Positions 19,029 to 26,777 are shown, counted from the first letter of the stretch. The stretch: DNA of 64,000 bases from a virus (IMGVR_UViG_3300037247_001096:1-64000); one strand, 5' to 3'. Made by a program: numbers and translations. Notes: a model not told the origin generated them from the sequence alone.

Positions 19029-19380
19029 CGGCCTCCACCTCATTCGGGTTCTTGAAAGTAAGGAGCACCGTCTCCTCCACTAAGTCAAAGATGGGCCACA
19101 CACCCGCCACCTTTATATCCAACCCGGCCGCAATCAACTGGGCGAACCGTTCGCTCTGTGAAGTGTGGGGGCACTCGGAGCATTTCTCTTCCTTCACCAC
19201 GTGCTCATCGCAGAGAAAAAAGAAATTCACGTCCGTAGTAGGTTTGCCCGCCACCTGTTTCACTCCGAAACCAACCCACGTAGCTGGCTCGCGGCAAGGC
19301 TGACTTGAATTTGAGGGCCTAGAATGACAGATTTGTCCCTCCAACTGGTGTGCTTTAATCCAAACGCTAGATGGTTCCAT
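19021..19380 (-). CDS. Cys/His Zn-finger-like protein
   Basis: GAGGAGGTGCATC-ATG; CH...CREPATW...FLCDEH...CSEC. Confidence 0.6.
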   Translation of the reverse strand: MEPSSVWIKAHQLEGQICHSRPSNSSQPCREPATWVGFGVKQVAGKPTTDVNFFFLCDEHVVKEEKCSECPHTSQSERFAQLIAAGLDIKVAGVWPIFDLVEETVLLTFKNPNEVEADA

Positions 19381-19393
19381 GATGCACCTCCTC

Positions 19394-19882
19394 TTAGAAT
19401 AGTCCCATACGTTCTTGTGCTTGTGCCTGAGCGCGAGTCATTCCAGGAGCCACGGTCTTCGCCCCTACCCTGCGCTGAGCCTCCGCTGCGGCCCTACTCA
19501 CACCAGGCTGCCCCCGTAGTTCCTGCTGCTGCTGTATCCTACTCTGGGCCTCAAACTGCGACCGGGACGTGCCTCGCGGAAGGAACTGTTCGCGGAACGC
19601 TGCCTGTTGCTTCCTAATCCGCTGCCGCCCAGTTAAGGCCGCCTCACGGAACTGCGCCGGGCGCTGCTGCAAAGCCGCTGCGAAAGGATCAGGGAGACCT
19701 AAAGCCCCGGCCGTCACAGTTGTTTGGCCCGCCCCCACAGTAGCCTTCGAGAGGGCGCCAACACCACCCAAGAACTGCTGCCGGGTAATACGCCCAGCCG
19801 CCATCTCCTGAGCTAGTCTACGCTCGGCTCCACGCTGAGTCAACGAAACTGGAGGTCTTGGCCGACGTGTCCCATGTGGCAT
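19394..19882 (-). CDS. Arg/Gln-rich basic protein (paralogue 1)
   Basis: Shares LTQRGAERRLAQEMAAGRITxQQF...GALSKATxGAG with 19897-20292; GAGGAGG RBS. Confidence 0.65.
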   Translation of the reverse strand: MPHGTRRPRPPVSLTQRGAERRLAQEMAAGRITRQQFLGGVGALSKATVGAGQTTVTAGALGLPDPFAAALQQRPAQFREAALTGRQRIRKQQAAFREQFLPRGTSRSQFEAQSRIQQQQELRGQPGVSRAAAEAQRRVGAKTVAPGMTRAQAQAQERMGLF

Positions 19883-19896
19883 ATCTACGCCTCCTC

Positions 19897-20292
19897 CTAG
19901 AACCCCAGCGTCAACCGTCGGCGCAGCTCAGCCAGCCGTCGGCGCCTATCGCCCATCGGCGTTCCTCGTGGTCGACCGGGGGTAGGCGGTGGCGGTTGCT
20001 GAGGGCGTTGCCCAGGCGTACGCCGCCTAGCCCCACGGAGGGGCTGCATCCGGCGCTGAAGGACGCCGCTCAGATGAGCGGCCTGCCGCGCGGTGGGAGT
20101 GCCCCCAAGGCCCAGCTCAGAGGCCATCACCGTTGTTCGGCCCGCCCCTATAGTGGCTTTTGAAAGAGCGCCAGCACCTGCTTTGAACTGCTGAGCAGTA
20201 ATGCGTCCCGCTGCCATCTCCTGAGCCAGCCTCCGCTCGGCTCCACGCTGAGTCAGAGTCGGGGCTCGTGAGCGTCGTGTCTCATTAGGCAT
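19897..20292 (-). CDS. Arg-rich basic protein (paralogue 2)
   Basis: Near-identical N-terminal ~60 aa to 19394-19882. Confidence 0.65.
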   Translation of the reverse strand: MPNETRRSRAPTLTQRGAERRLAQEMAAGRITAQQFKAGAGALSKATIGAGRTTVMASELGLGGTPTARQAAHLSGVLQRRMQPLRGARRRTPGQRPQQPPPPTPGRPRGTPMGDRRRRLAELRRRLTLGF

Positions 20293-20297
20293 GGTTA

Positions 20298-20513
20298 CTA
20301 CTTCCCTCGCTTCCCACAGAGAGCGCCAAACGCGCCCTTCTGCTTCGGTGTCATGGGCTCGCCCCCAATTTCCCCATGGCGCATGATCTCACATGCCTTA
20401 TGGGGCGACATGCCTTTGATGACGTGTCGGCGCTTACGGTTCAATACCTGCCGCTTCTTACTTGATTCGGGCACAGAGGTCGAACTCCTTAGTGTGTCGG
20501 TCGTCCCTGCCAA
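20298..20513 (-). CDS. Small basic protein
   Basis: KACEIMRHGEIGGEPMTPKQKGAFGAL pattern; abuts neighbours. Confidence 0.5.
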   Translation of the reverse strand: MAGTTDTLRSSTSVPESSKKRQVLNRKRRHVIKGMSPHKACEIMRHGEIGGEPMTPKQKGAFGALCGKRGK

Positions 20514-20966
20514 CTATCCGCCTCTCGCGGCCTCTGCCGGCTCAGGGGTCGGAGGAGCGGTCGGGCCAGGCACCTTCCCGATTTCCGGCTCTGGCATCGC
20601 CTTTCGAGCCAGCAGTACCCGCAGGTCACCAATCTGCCCCTTGAGGGCACCTATCTTCCGATCAAACTCCTCGTCCTGGCGCCGGTTCTCCATCTGCTCT
20701 TCATAAGGCGGCGTGTAGGACTTCTTCGGCCGGCCCCCCAGTGGAGAGGGTGACCGGTACATCTTGGCGTACAACTCACTCTGCTGGTTCCGCAGGTCGT
20801 TCAGCTCCCGGATGAGCTTCTGGAGGAACTCCGGCGTCTGCTGCGCGTGGTCGGCTGGAACGGGCGGGTTCGCCGTCCCCGTCGCTTGCGCGGCGGGAGT
20901 CTGCACGTTTAGGTCTTGGGCGGGCGTGGAAATCTGGGCACCCTGGTGGTCGTAGGAACATGGCAT
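20514..20966 (-). CDS. Hypothetical coiled-coil protein
   Basis: AAGGAG RBS before MPCSYDHQ. Confidence 0.5.
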   Translation of the reverse strand: MPCSYDHQGAQISTPAQDLNVQTPAAQATGTANPPVPADHAQQTPEFLQKLIRELNDLRNQQSELYAKMYRSPSPLGGRPKKSYTPPYEEQMENRRQDEEFDRKIGALKGQIGDLRVLLARKAMPEPEIGKVPGPTAPPTPEPAEAARGG

Positions 20967-20970
20967 GAGG

Positions 20971-21342
20971 CTACTCCTTATCTGACAGCGCCCTAAGCAC
21001 CACCAAGAATACCCGGTCGGCAGCCTCACCAGCGGAGAGCGACAGTCGAAGCTGGGCACCAACAAGTGGTGAGATACTCTGAGGTACTTGAAGCCACTCG
21101 TCCACAGCGACATTCTCCCACCACGTAATCGCGGCACCGGCATTCGTCAGTGGTGTATAAAATGTACCCATCCCCGGGTCGATCTGGGGAGTGATGTCAT
21201 TCGCTGAATCGTCGAGCGCCGCCGGGGTGATGATCCCCAACACCTCATAGCCGGCAATGCTAATCACGTCAGTGAGGTCATCATCCTGCAAAACGGTCAC
21301 TGTGACGCGTTTGAAAGTGTAACTCGCAAGAGACATAGGCAC
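20971..21342 (-). CDS. Hypothetical virion-like beta-sandwich protein
   Basis: GGAGG RBS and own promoter immediately upstream. Confidence 0.55.
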   Translation of the reverse strand: MPMSLASYTFKRVTVTVLQDDDLTDVISIAGYEVLGIITPAALDDSANDITPQIDPGMGTFYTPLTNAGAAITWWENVAVDEWLQVPQSISPLVGAQLRLSLSAGEAADRVFLVVLRALSDKE

Positions 21343-21356
21343 TATCCTCCATCTGT

Positions 21357-21386
21357 ATTATAGATGGTTGGGAAATGGCGTGTCAA
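21357..21386 (-). promoter_or_regulatory. Sigma70-type promoter of the packaging/head operon
   Basis: TTGACA-N18-TATAAT on the minus strand; the -10 sits inside the palindrome CCATCT-N7-AGATGG. Confidence 0.75.
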
Positions 21387-21395
21387 GCACCCAAC

Positions 21396-21737
21396 CTACC
21401 GACTGGTTTGTTGCGCTTGCTTCTTACCCGGCGCCCCCACATCTAATACCCGGCTGATGCGGTCAGTGAGGGTGACGATCATATTAGCCACCTGCTGCTC
21501 GGAGATGCCCAGGAACTTCGCAGTGCGGCGAATACCGGTCTCAGTCGCTTTATAGGCCCGCTCAGCCAGGGCCTGACGGAGTTGCGCCCTCTCTTGGGCT
21601 TCCGGCCGGGCGTGCACTGGTACCTTCTCCTTCTCGGGCACTTCTTGTGGTACCGGTTCCGGCATGGGTAGTGTCTTCGGCATGATGCGAGGCTTCCCCA
21701 CCTCTTCTACAAGCGGGCGGCCTATTTTATGACCCAC
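21396..21737 (-). CDS. Hypothetical protein with Pro/Glu-rich N-terminal peptide
   Basis: AAGGAGG RBS; KIGRPLVEEV...PMPEPVPQEVPEKEKVP. Confidence 0.5.
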   Translation of the reverse strand: MGHKIGRPLVEEVGKPRIMPKTLPMPEPVPQEVPEKEKVPVHARPEAQERAQLRQALAERAYKATETGIRRTAKFLGISEQQVANMIVTLTDRISRVLDVGAPGKKQAQQTSR

Positions 21738-22467
21738 CTAGAGCCTCCTTCCAATCCCGGTCGCGCTCCTGCTGACGGTACCCGGCACCAAACCAATTCC
21801 TTTTCATCTCGTCAGTAATCTCCTGGGGTTCCCTCCAGCCATTGATTTCCAGACACACGGGGCACCCTCTAAGGTCTTCTTTGTCCAGGACGGGGACACC
21901 CAGACTCAGGGCAATCTCCTCCAAGACCTCCTTCTGGTCGCGTACCACCGCCATCTGCGCAGGAATGCCGTAGTACCCCGCATACCCCCCCAGGTAAGGG
22001 ATGGCAGCGACCTGCCGGCCCTGCGCCTGGTCGTGACGCTCAATCGGGAGGTACACCTTCTGGTCGGCTACAGCAGGCGCCAGGAAGTAATCAACAGAAT
22101 ACTGCGTCGTGCGCCCTCCATTCTTATGGAGCATAGTACGCTCCAGGCAGGTGACATGCGCATAAGCATTGTTTACGCTCACCCAAGCATCCTCAAAGGT
22201 TCGGTAAAAGTAACTTCCGCACGTACAATCCCAGTCCGGCGCCGGGCTTTCATGAGGGACGGCCGGCCCCTCCTTTTTATCCCGAGCCTTCAACCGCTCC
22301 CGCGCCGTCTCCGTCATCCACAGGGCGCCAGAAATACCCCTGCACTCTGCTGCCTTCTGCACCCGGGTGTGTAAGCGCATCCCCGCCTGACCGACAAGGA
22401 CAGGGTAGCCTGTCTTAGAGCAGCTAGAGAAGCTAAAGACTCTTATCCCATGAATCCAGGCGGACAT
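21727..22467 (-). CDS. Hypothetical metal-binding protein (HxxP..CxCG motif)
   Basis: HESPAPDWDCTCGSYFY plus CPVC. Confidence 0.6.
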   Translation of the reverse strand: MSAWIHGIRVFSFSSCSKTGYPVLVGQAGMRLHTRVQKAAECRGISGALWMTETARERLKARDKKEGPAVPHESPAPDWDCTCGSYFYRTFEDAWVSVNNAYAHVTCLERTMLHKNGGRTTQYSVDYFLAPAVADQKVYLPIERHDQAQGRQVAAIPYLGGYAGYYGIPAQMAVVRDQKEVLEEIALSLGVPVLDKEDLRGCPVCLEINGWREPQEITDEMKRNWFGAGYRQQERDRDWKEALGGS

Positions 22468-22482
22468 TACACCCTCAGTATA

Positions 22483-22923
22483 CTACAAATCCCACGCTTT
22501 GTCTCCGGCGTCCATACGCATTCGCCATATCCACATCGCGGGGAGCTCCACCAAGGACTCTTCAAGGTCAGCGAACGCTTGGTCGCGGCTGACACCTCGT
22601 GCTTTCAAGTACCGTGCAACTGGGCTGAAAAGGAGGACGTGGAGAATCTCGTGTACCGCTATCTCACCGATGCCTTCCGAGTCGGCCTGGTCGACCCACG
22701 ACCGCTTGAACATGATGTCGATATTACGGTAGGGATAGTCCTCATCAATACTCGCCACACCTCCCGGGCGGTGAATAGCTCTCTTATCCTCAGAGAGGTC
22801 GTCGACAAAGGCGATGGTGACACGGTATTGCTGGAGGAGGCCAAACCACATGAGGATTGGCTTGATTACCTCCTGCACCTTCTTATGCCGGTCATCGTCC
22901 GTCGGGGGCTTCGCTTTGCCCAC
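22483..22923 (-). CDS. HExxH zincin-like metallopeptidase-fold protein
   Basis: IAVHEILH...EE; true start GTG after GGAGGTGCATCC. Confidence 0.6.
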   Translation of the reverse strand: MGKAKPPTDDDRHKKVQEVIKPILMWFGLLQQYRVTIAFVDDLSEDKRAIHRPGGVASIDEDYPYRNIDIMFKRSWVDQADSEGIGEIAVHEILHVLLFSPVARYLKARGVSRDQAFADLEESLVELPAMWIWRMRMDAGDKAWDL

Positions 22924-22934
22924 GGATGCACCTC

Positions 22935-23504
22935 CTAGAAGTCTATACGGCCCTTGAGCCGGCGGCCGAGCCTCCTCATTTTCTCTCGGGCTTGGCGCTG
23001 CTGGGCCGGACGGCCCGTCTGCGCGACCTTTTTCAAGTGGGGGGTCTGGAATCCTGGTTCTGGGCCGGACGGCCCCCCTCCTGGCCCACGTGTCTCCATA
23101 CGCCAACGTGTCTCCTTACGCAGCGCCCTTTGTACTCGGCGTTCGACGGGCTCCTTCTGTACCCGCACAGCCTGTTGCACCTGCAAACGTGTCAGACCCC
23201 CCAGCATAGCCCCCGTCGTCCGCAGCGCCGGATGGCCGGCACCAAGGTGGTGGGCCACCTCGTGACGGGCAGTGCCTCTTATCTCACTTGGAAGTACCAG
23301 GCGCCCCTCCTTAGTAGTAGCGAAAGTGATACTGGGGTGCGTAGAAAGAGCTATGTACCCCGGCGTCTGCTTCAGGGTAGGCCGTGTAACTGTCCCCGGC
23401 CTCTGGCGGGCCGGGAGCTCACTCAGTGCCTTGCGAGTCGCCTTCTGCGCCATGCGAACAGACTGTCGACGGGCTATTGCACGAAGTCGTTTAGCGTCAG
23501 CCAT
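22935..23504 (-). CDS. Highly basic protein with HExxHxxGxxH metzincin-type motif
   Basis: RHEVAHHLGAGH; AGGAG RBS. Confidence 0.55.
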   Translation of the reverse strand: MADAKRLRAIARRQSVRMAQKATRKALSELPARQRPGTVTRPTLKQTPGYIALSTHPSITFATTKEGRLVLPSEIRGTARHEVAHHLGAGHPALRTTGAMLGGLTRLQVQQAVRVQKEPVERRVQRALRKETRWRMETRGPGGGPSGPEPGFQTPHLKKVAQTGRPAQQRQAREKMRRLGRRLKGRIDF

Positions 23505-23511
23505 CTTACTC

Positions 23512-23700
23512 CTATTCTACCGCAACCGGCTCCGGCACGTCAACGGCCGAGCACTGATCGCAGCGGGCCTCTACTGCCTCCAGCTCCTCATCAAGCTGAG
23601 TATGGACTAACCCCGTCTGACAGGTCTCGCAGGACACCGGAGGGACGACACAGGCGTCGCACTCAGCATTGCCCTCTTCGTGGTAATCGAACCAATTCAT
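23512..23700 (-). CDS. Small acidic Zn-ribbon protein
   Basis: Three CxxC pairs; ATG about 10 nt below a promoter. Confidence 0.55.
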   Translation of the reverse strand: MNWFDYHEEGNAECDACVVPPVSCETCQTGLVHTQLDEELEAVEARCDQCSAVDVPEPVAVE

Positions 23701-23709
23701 CGCATCCAC

Positions 23710-23749
23710 ACTATAACAACAGTGGGAGGACTTGCGCAAGTCCTCCCAC
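23710..23749 (-). promoter_or_regulatory. Promoter TTGCGC-N18-TATAGT with a perfect 28-bp palindrome over the -35
   Basis: GTGGGAGGACTTGC-GCAAGTCCTCCCAC at 23722-23749. Confidence 0.6.
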
Positions 23750-24023
23750 GTTAGCCTAGGGTTGCCCGTCGACCACACCTAGGGGGGCGAGCCGGCTTGT
23801 CCCGGGGAAGCTACCGCCCGGGGTTTTAGTCGGGGGCTCAATCACCGACCGCCGGCGCATCCTTGCCAACAGAAACCCGTAGGCCCCTGTCGACCTACCG
23901 TGGCTTACGCGACGGTAGGGGGGCGCATAGCCCCGGCAATGCAGCTCCGCTACATGCCGGGGAAGAACACATGGAGGCGGTGCTCGCCGGCTAGCTACTC
24001 CGGGTCAACGCACCACTCCTCCA
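23722..24023 (-). ncRNA. Candidate structured ncRNA of about 300 nt, family not recognised
   Basis: Series of GC-rich hairpins. GNRA loops (GUAA, GCAA) and G-U pairs favour the minus strand. Promoter directly upstream, hairpin plus U-rich tail at the 3' end. Confidence 0.5.
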
Positions 24024-24028
24024 CCTTC

Positions 24029-24069
24029 ACTATATCGGGTTGACATCGCCGGCGCAAGTCCCTTACACT
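24029..24069. promoter_or_regulatory. Overlapping divergent promoters at the strand switch
   Basis: Minus: TTGCGC-N17-TATAGT (24057-24029). Plus: TTGACA-N18-TACACT (24040-24069). Confidence 0.7.
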
Positions 24070-24086
24070 AAGAAAGGAGGTACATC

Positions 24087-24275
24087 GTGAGCATCCAGAC
24101 CTATCACTGCGACCACTGTAACGCCGACTTCGTGAAAAGCGTTCCTGTTAATGAAGACGTGCCTAAGAGCGCACTATGCCCCAAGGGACACCCGAGCTCC
24201 TGGAAGCCCCCCACTGGCGTCCACTTCACCGTAGAGGGTGGCACCGGCGCCGCCAAAGGAGGAAGAGACCGATGA
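24087..24275 (+). CDS. FmdB-type zinc-ribbon protein
   Basis: TYHCDHC...F...CPKGH pattern; GGAGGTACATC-GTG. Confidence 0.6.
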   Translation: MSIQTYHCDHCNADFVKSVPVNEDVPKSALCPKGHPSSWKPPTGVHFTVEGGTGAAKGGRDR

Positions 24276-24476
24276 ACAAGCTCCTATTCTGCCCTCACTG
24301 CATGGTCGAGCTTACACCCGTACTAACGGCACCCCAGATGGAATGCCCCTCGTGTGGCACTTGCTACCCACCTTACCAGTGTGGTTCGAGCAACATGCCC
24401 GGTGCCCGTTGCCAGCTCCCAGGGCGGCACCTGGGGACACATATCTGGGACAAGCTAGGAGGAAGAGACCGATGAA
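24257..24476 (+). repeat. 20-bp perfect direct repeat, two copies 200 bp apart
   Basis: AGGAGGAAGAGACCGATGAA at 24257-24276 and 24457-24476. Confidence 0.9.
24272..24475 (+). CDS. Small Cys-rich Zn-finger protein
   Basis: MNKLLFCPHC...CPSC...C...C...H..H; RBS inside the repeat. Confidence 0.55.
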   Translation: MNKLLFCPHCMVELTPVLTAPQMECPSCGTCYPPYQCGSSNMPGARCQLPGRHLGTHIWDKLGGRDR

Positions 24477-24753
24477 TAACACTCGGTACAGCGAGGAAAT
24501 CCCCGGTAGTCGTGGCAACTACGATTGGGGGGTGCGATTTGACCGCCACAACGGATACCTAGGCATCAACCAGTGGAATGACGAGGGCCTAGAGCGCATC
24601 CTCCTATCGCCAAAGCAGGTGAAGGCCCTCCTGGAGTTCATAGGGGCGGAGAAGGCGAGGGCACCCACAGCGTGCTACTGCTGCCGCGATGAGTGCACCT
24701 ATGATGGATGCCTCTGTGAGCTACACGCGGGGAGAGCAGTAGAAGATGAGTAG
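24472..24753 (+). CDS. Hypothetical protein with Cys-rich tail
   Basis: Start MNNTRY at the second repeat copy. Confidence 0.55.
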   Translation: MNNTRYSEEIPGSRGNYDWGVRFDRHNGYLGINQWNDEGLERILLSPKQVKALLEFIGAEKARAPTACYCCRDECTYDGCLCELHAGRAVEDE

Positions 24754-24961
24754 ACACCCCTGGAGAGAATGGTACTGGCGCGACCGTGTGCGGGGGTTCG
24801 CCCCCACCCCCTTCGCCCGAAAAAGCCCCCGCAAAACCGACAGGAGCGTCGTCGTCTACTTCGACGCGGAACTTGCCTACCGCCTCTTCGGAGGTGACCT
24901 CATGGCCGAAGGCAATTGGGCGCCCGGAGGTAGAGTAACACCAAGGAGCCTATACCGATGA
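24746..24961 (+). CDS. Hypothetical protein
   Basis: Coupled start/stop overlaps on both sides. Confidence 0.45.
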   Translation: MSRHPWREWYWRDRVRGFAPTPFARKSPRKTDRSVVVYFDAELAYRLFGGDLMAEGNWAPGGRVTPRSLYR

Positions 24962-25224
24962 GAACACATAAAGACTGCGATCACGGGCCGGGAGCGGCCT
25001 GGGTGCTAGACCCCACACGCCAGTGGTTCACCCGCTGCGACGCCTGTAACCGCTTCAGGCTCTGGGGGGACTACTTCGAGGTGTACGATTGGGAACCCGC
25101 AACCTGCGGGTGGTGGGAATGCGAGCAGTGCCTACTCAAGACCGTTACGGCCTGGGGAGAGAAGCAAGCCGAGCTCGCTCCACGGCAGGTGACCGGCTTC
25201 ACCACGGGCCCCGAAGGGTTTTAA
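24958..25224 (+). CDS. Zn-finger-like hypothetical protein
   Basis: AAGGAG RBS; CDAC and CEQC. Confidence 0.5.
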   Translation: MRTHKDCDHGPGAAWVLDPTRQWFTRCDACNRFRLWGDYFEVYDWEPATCGWWECEQCLLKTVTAWGEKQAELAPRQVTGFTTGPEGF

Positions 25225-25498
25225 TGCCCATCTGCGCTGGCACCTGTGTCAAGCCACCAAAACCGGTTCCAGAGCTCCTACTGAACCGCCTAAGCCGGTA
25301 CTCGGTGGTCTGTAGCGCCGATTTTCCTTATTTTTGTTCCATTCTCTCACCAGGATTGGCGTCAAACCACCACATCACACCAACACCATACCAACGTCAC
25401 CGTCCAGCAACACACCGTAACCCATCACAACCGTCCAAGACCGAGCCTGCCAGCGCCCACCAGTCCATCCCTACACGCGCGAGAGGGCGAAACCTATA

Positions 25499-25610
25499 GT
25501 AGCCTACAACCCATTAGCATAAACCCTAGGTGACACACAACGGGTTTACGGGCCTAGCGCCATGAATAACCCCTGTCACTCACAACCCATTGTAACCTAC
25601 AGGGGGTTTT
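25499..25610. repeat. Operator/iteron-like array A (AACCCn(T)TGT half-sites)
   Basis: CTACAACCCATT, ACAACGGGTTT, AATAACCCCTGT, CAACCCATTGTAACCTACAGGGGGTTTT. Confidence 0.65.
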
Positions 25611-25709
25611 AGGTGCACATCGTCTACCCCCTGCGCACATCTAACTCTTACCTTCACGTCAAGGTCTGAAATTGACCAGAAAATAGGTCGAGAAAGGGCT
25701 TGACAGGGA

Positions 25710-25737
25710 TTCAGAAGTATGCGATGATGCCGATACT
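25710..25737 (+). promoter_or_regulatory. Early promoter motif TTCAGA-N16-GATACT (sigma28-like), copy 1
   Basis: Same motif and spacing at 25998, 26808 and 27687, each followed by an RBS and ATG. Confidence 0.65.
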
Positions 25738-25759
25738 GAGACTAGGAAGGGTTAATGCC

Positions 25760-25978
25760 ATGCAACAACCCGACACGCAGGCAAGGGAGATACTACGGAG
25801 CCTAATCCCCACGCTCCAGAGCGATTATACCCGCGCATTGCACCGTGGGGCCGAGTCCGATAGCCCCGAGCTACGGCAACTGAACAGGGTCGAGGCGTTC
25901 TTAGGGCTACCCTTGACCCCTGAAATGCGCTTGGTGGTACGGGGGTACGGGCGTAGCCGTAAGGTCAAAATAGAGTGA
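25760..25978 (+). CDS. Hypothetical early protein
   Basis: AGGAAGG RBS below promoter copy 1. Confidence 0.5.
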   Translation: MQQPDTQAREILRSLIPTLQSDYTRALHRGAESDSPELRQLNRVEAFLGLPLTPEMRLVVRGYGRSRKVKIE

Positions 25979-25997
25979 AAATAGGCCCTCTGACCCC

Positions 25998-26025
25998 TTC
26001 AGAACCGCCTACAGAGGCCGATACT
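25998..26025 (+). promoter_or_regulatory. Early promoter motif, copy 2
   Basis: TTCAGA-N16-GATACT (GCCGATACT). Confidence 0.65.
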
Positions 26026-26045
26026 GAAGCTTAGAGGATAAGACC

Positions 26046-26252
26046 ATGAATCAAGTCCCCATTATGTGCAATGACTTATCATGCCGTGACTGTGAATATA
26101 GGCGACGAGCCTACCTGACGAAAGCCGCTATCCACCACTACGCGGGGCGGCGCCACCTTGCCGCGCAGATACTCAAGAACTCCAGCACCTACTCGGTATG
26201 GCTCATAAACGCGGCGCGGTACGTTCAGCGGGAAGGACAGGTAGGCGTTTAG
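26046..26252 (+). CDS. Hypothetical early protein
   Basis: GAGGA RBS; CxxxxCxxC. Confidence 0.5.
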   Translation: MNQVPIMCNDLSCRDCEYRRRAYLTKAAIHHYAGRRHLAAQILKNSSTYSVWLINAARYVQREGQVGV

Positions 26253-26318
26253 CGTTACCTTGCCACCAGACGGCCATAAGGGGCCGGATTGCACCTTACT
26301 AGCGAAATAGAATACGGA

Positions 26319-26439
26319 ATGGGCGGAGCGCGGGTGGTTAGACTGCCCACACCTAGGGCGCTGGGCTTTAGCTCCAGCTTAAACGGAAATTTAAGGGGCC
26401 GACCTTAGAGGCAACTCTAGCCACTCGCGCCCCGTCCAT
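26319..26439 (+). ncRNA. Candidate multibranch ncRNA of about 120 nt
   Basis: Closing stem of 20-24 bp with several G-U pairs; internal hairpins including a GCAA tetraloop. Confidence 0.5.
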
Positions 26440-26468
26440 CCCTTAAGAGTAGTGGAGGTGAGCAAACA

Positions 26469-26777
26469 ATGAAAGACCTCAAAGTATGGGTGAGGGTAGG
26501 CGACCAGGACGATTATCACCCGTTCGACTCGCCGGAGCTAGCAGCAGAGTACGTCCACGAGTATCTACACGGGCCCGACCAGGAACTAGACGGGACAGGC
26601 CAGTGTCGCCACCAAGTAGAGCGATACCAGGGGCCAGGACTGCGAGGCGTCGAGCTGCCGGATACGCCCTTCACGGGGTACAACGGCGTGTCCCTGTTCT
26701 GGGGCGATGAAGACGCGCAGCTTGAGGGCGAGCTGTCCGATATGGAGCTGTTCGCGTTCGGGAACAGCTTGACCTAG
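26469..26777 (+). CDS. Acidic hypothetical protein
   Basis: GGAGGTGA RBS. Confidence 0.6.
   Translation: MKDLKVWVRVGDQDDYHPFDSPELAAEYVHEYLHGPDQELDGTGQCRHQVERYQGPGLRGVELPDTPFTGYNGVSLFWGDEDAQLEGELSDMELFAFGNSLT

Noticed and set aside
23722-24023. RNase P, SRP, 6S or T-box RNA
   Set aside because: Hallmark sequences (GAGGAAAGUCC, SRP helix-8 motif, T-box UGGNACC) were not found.
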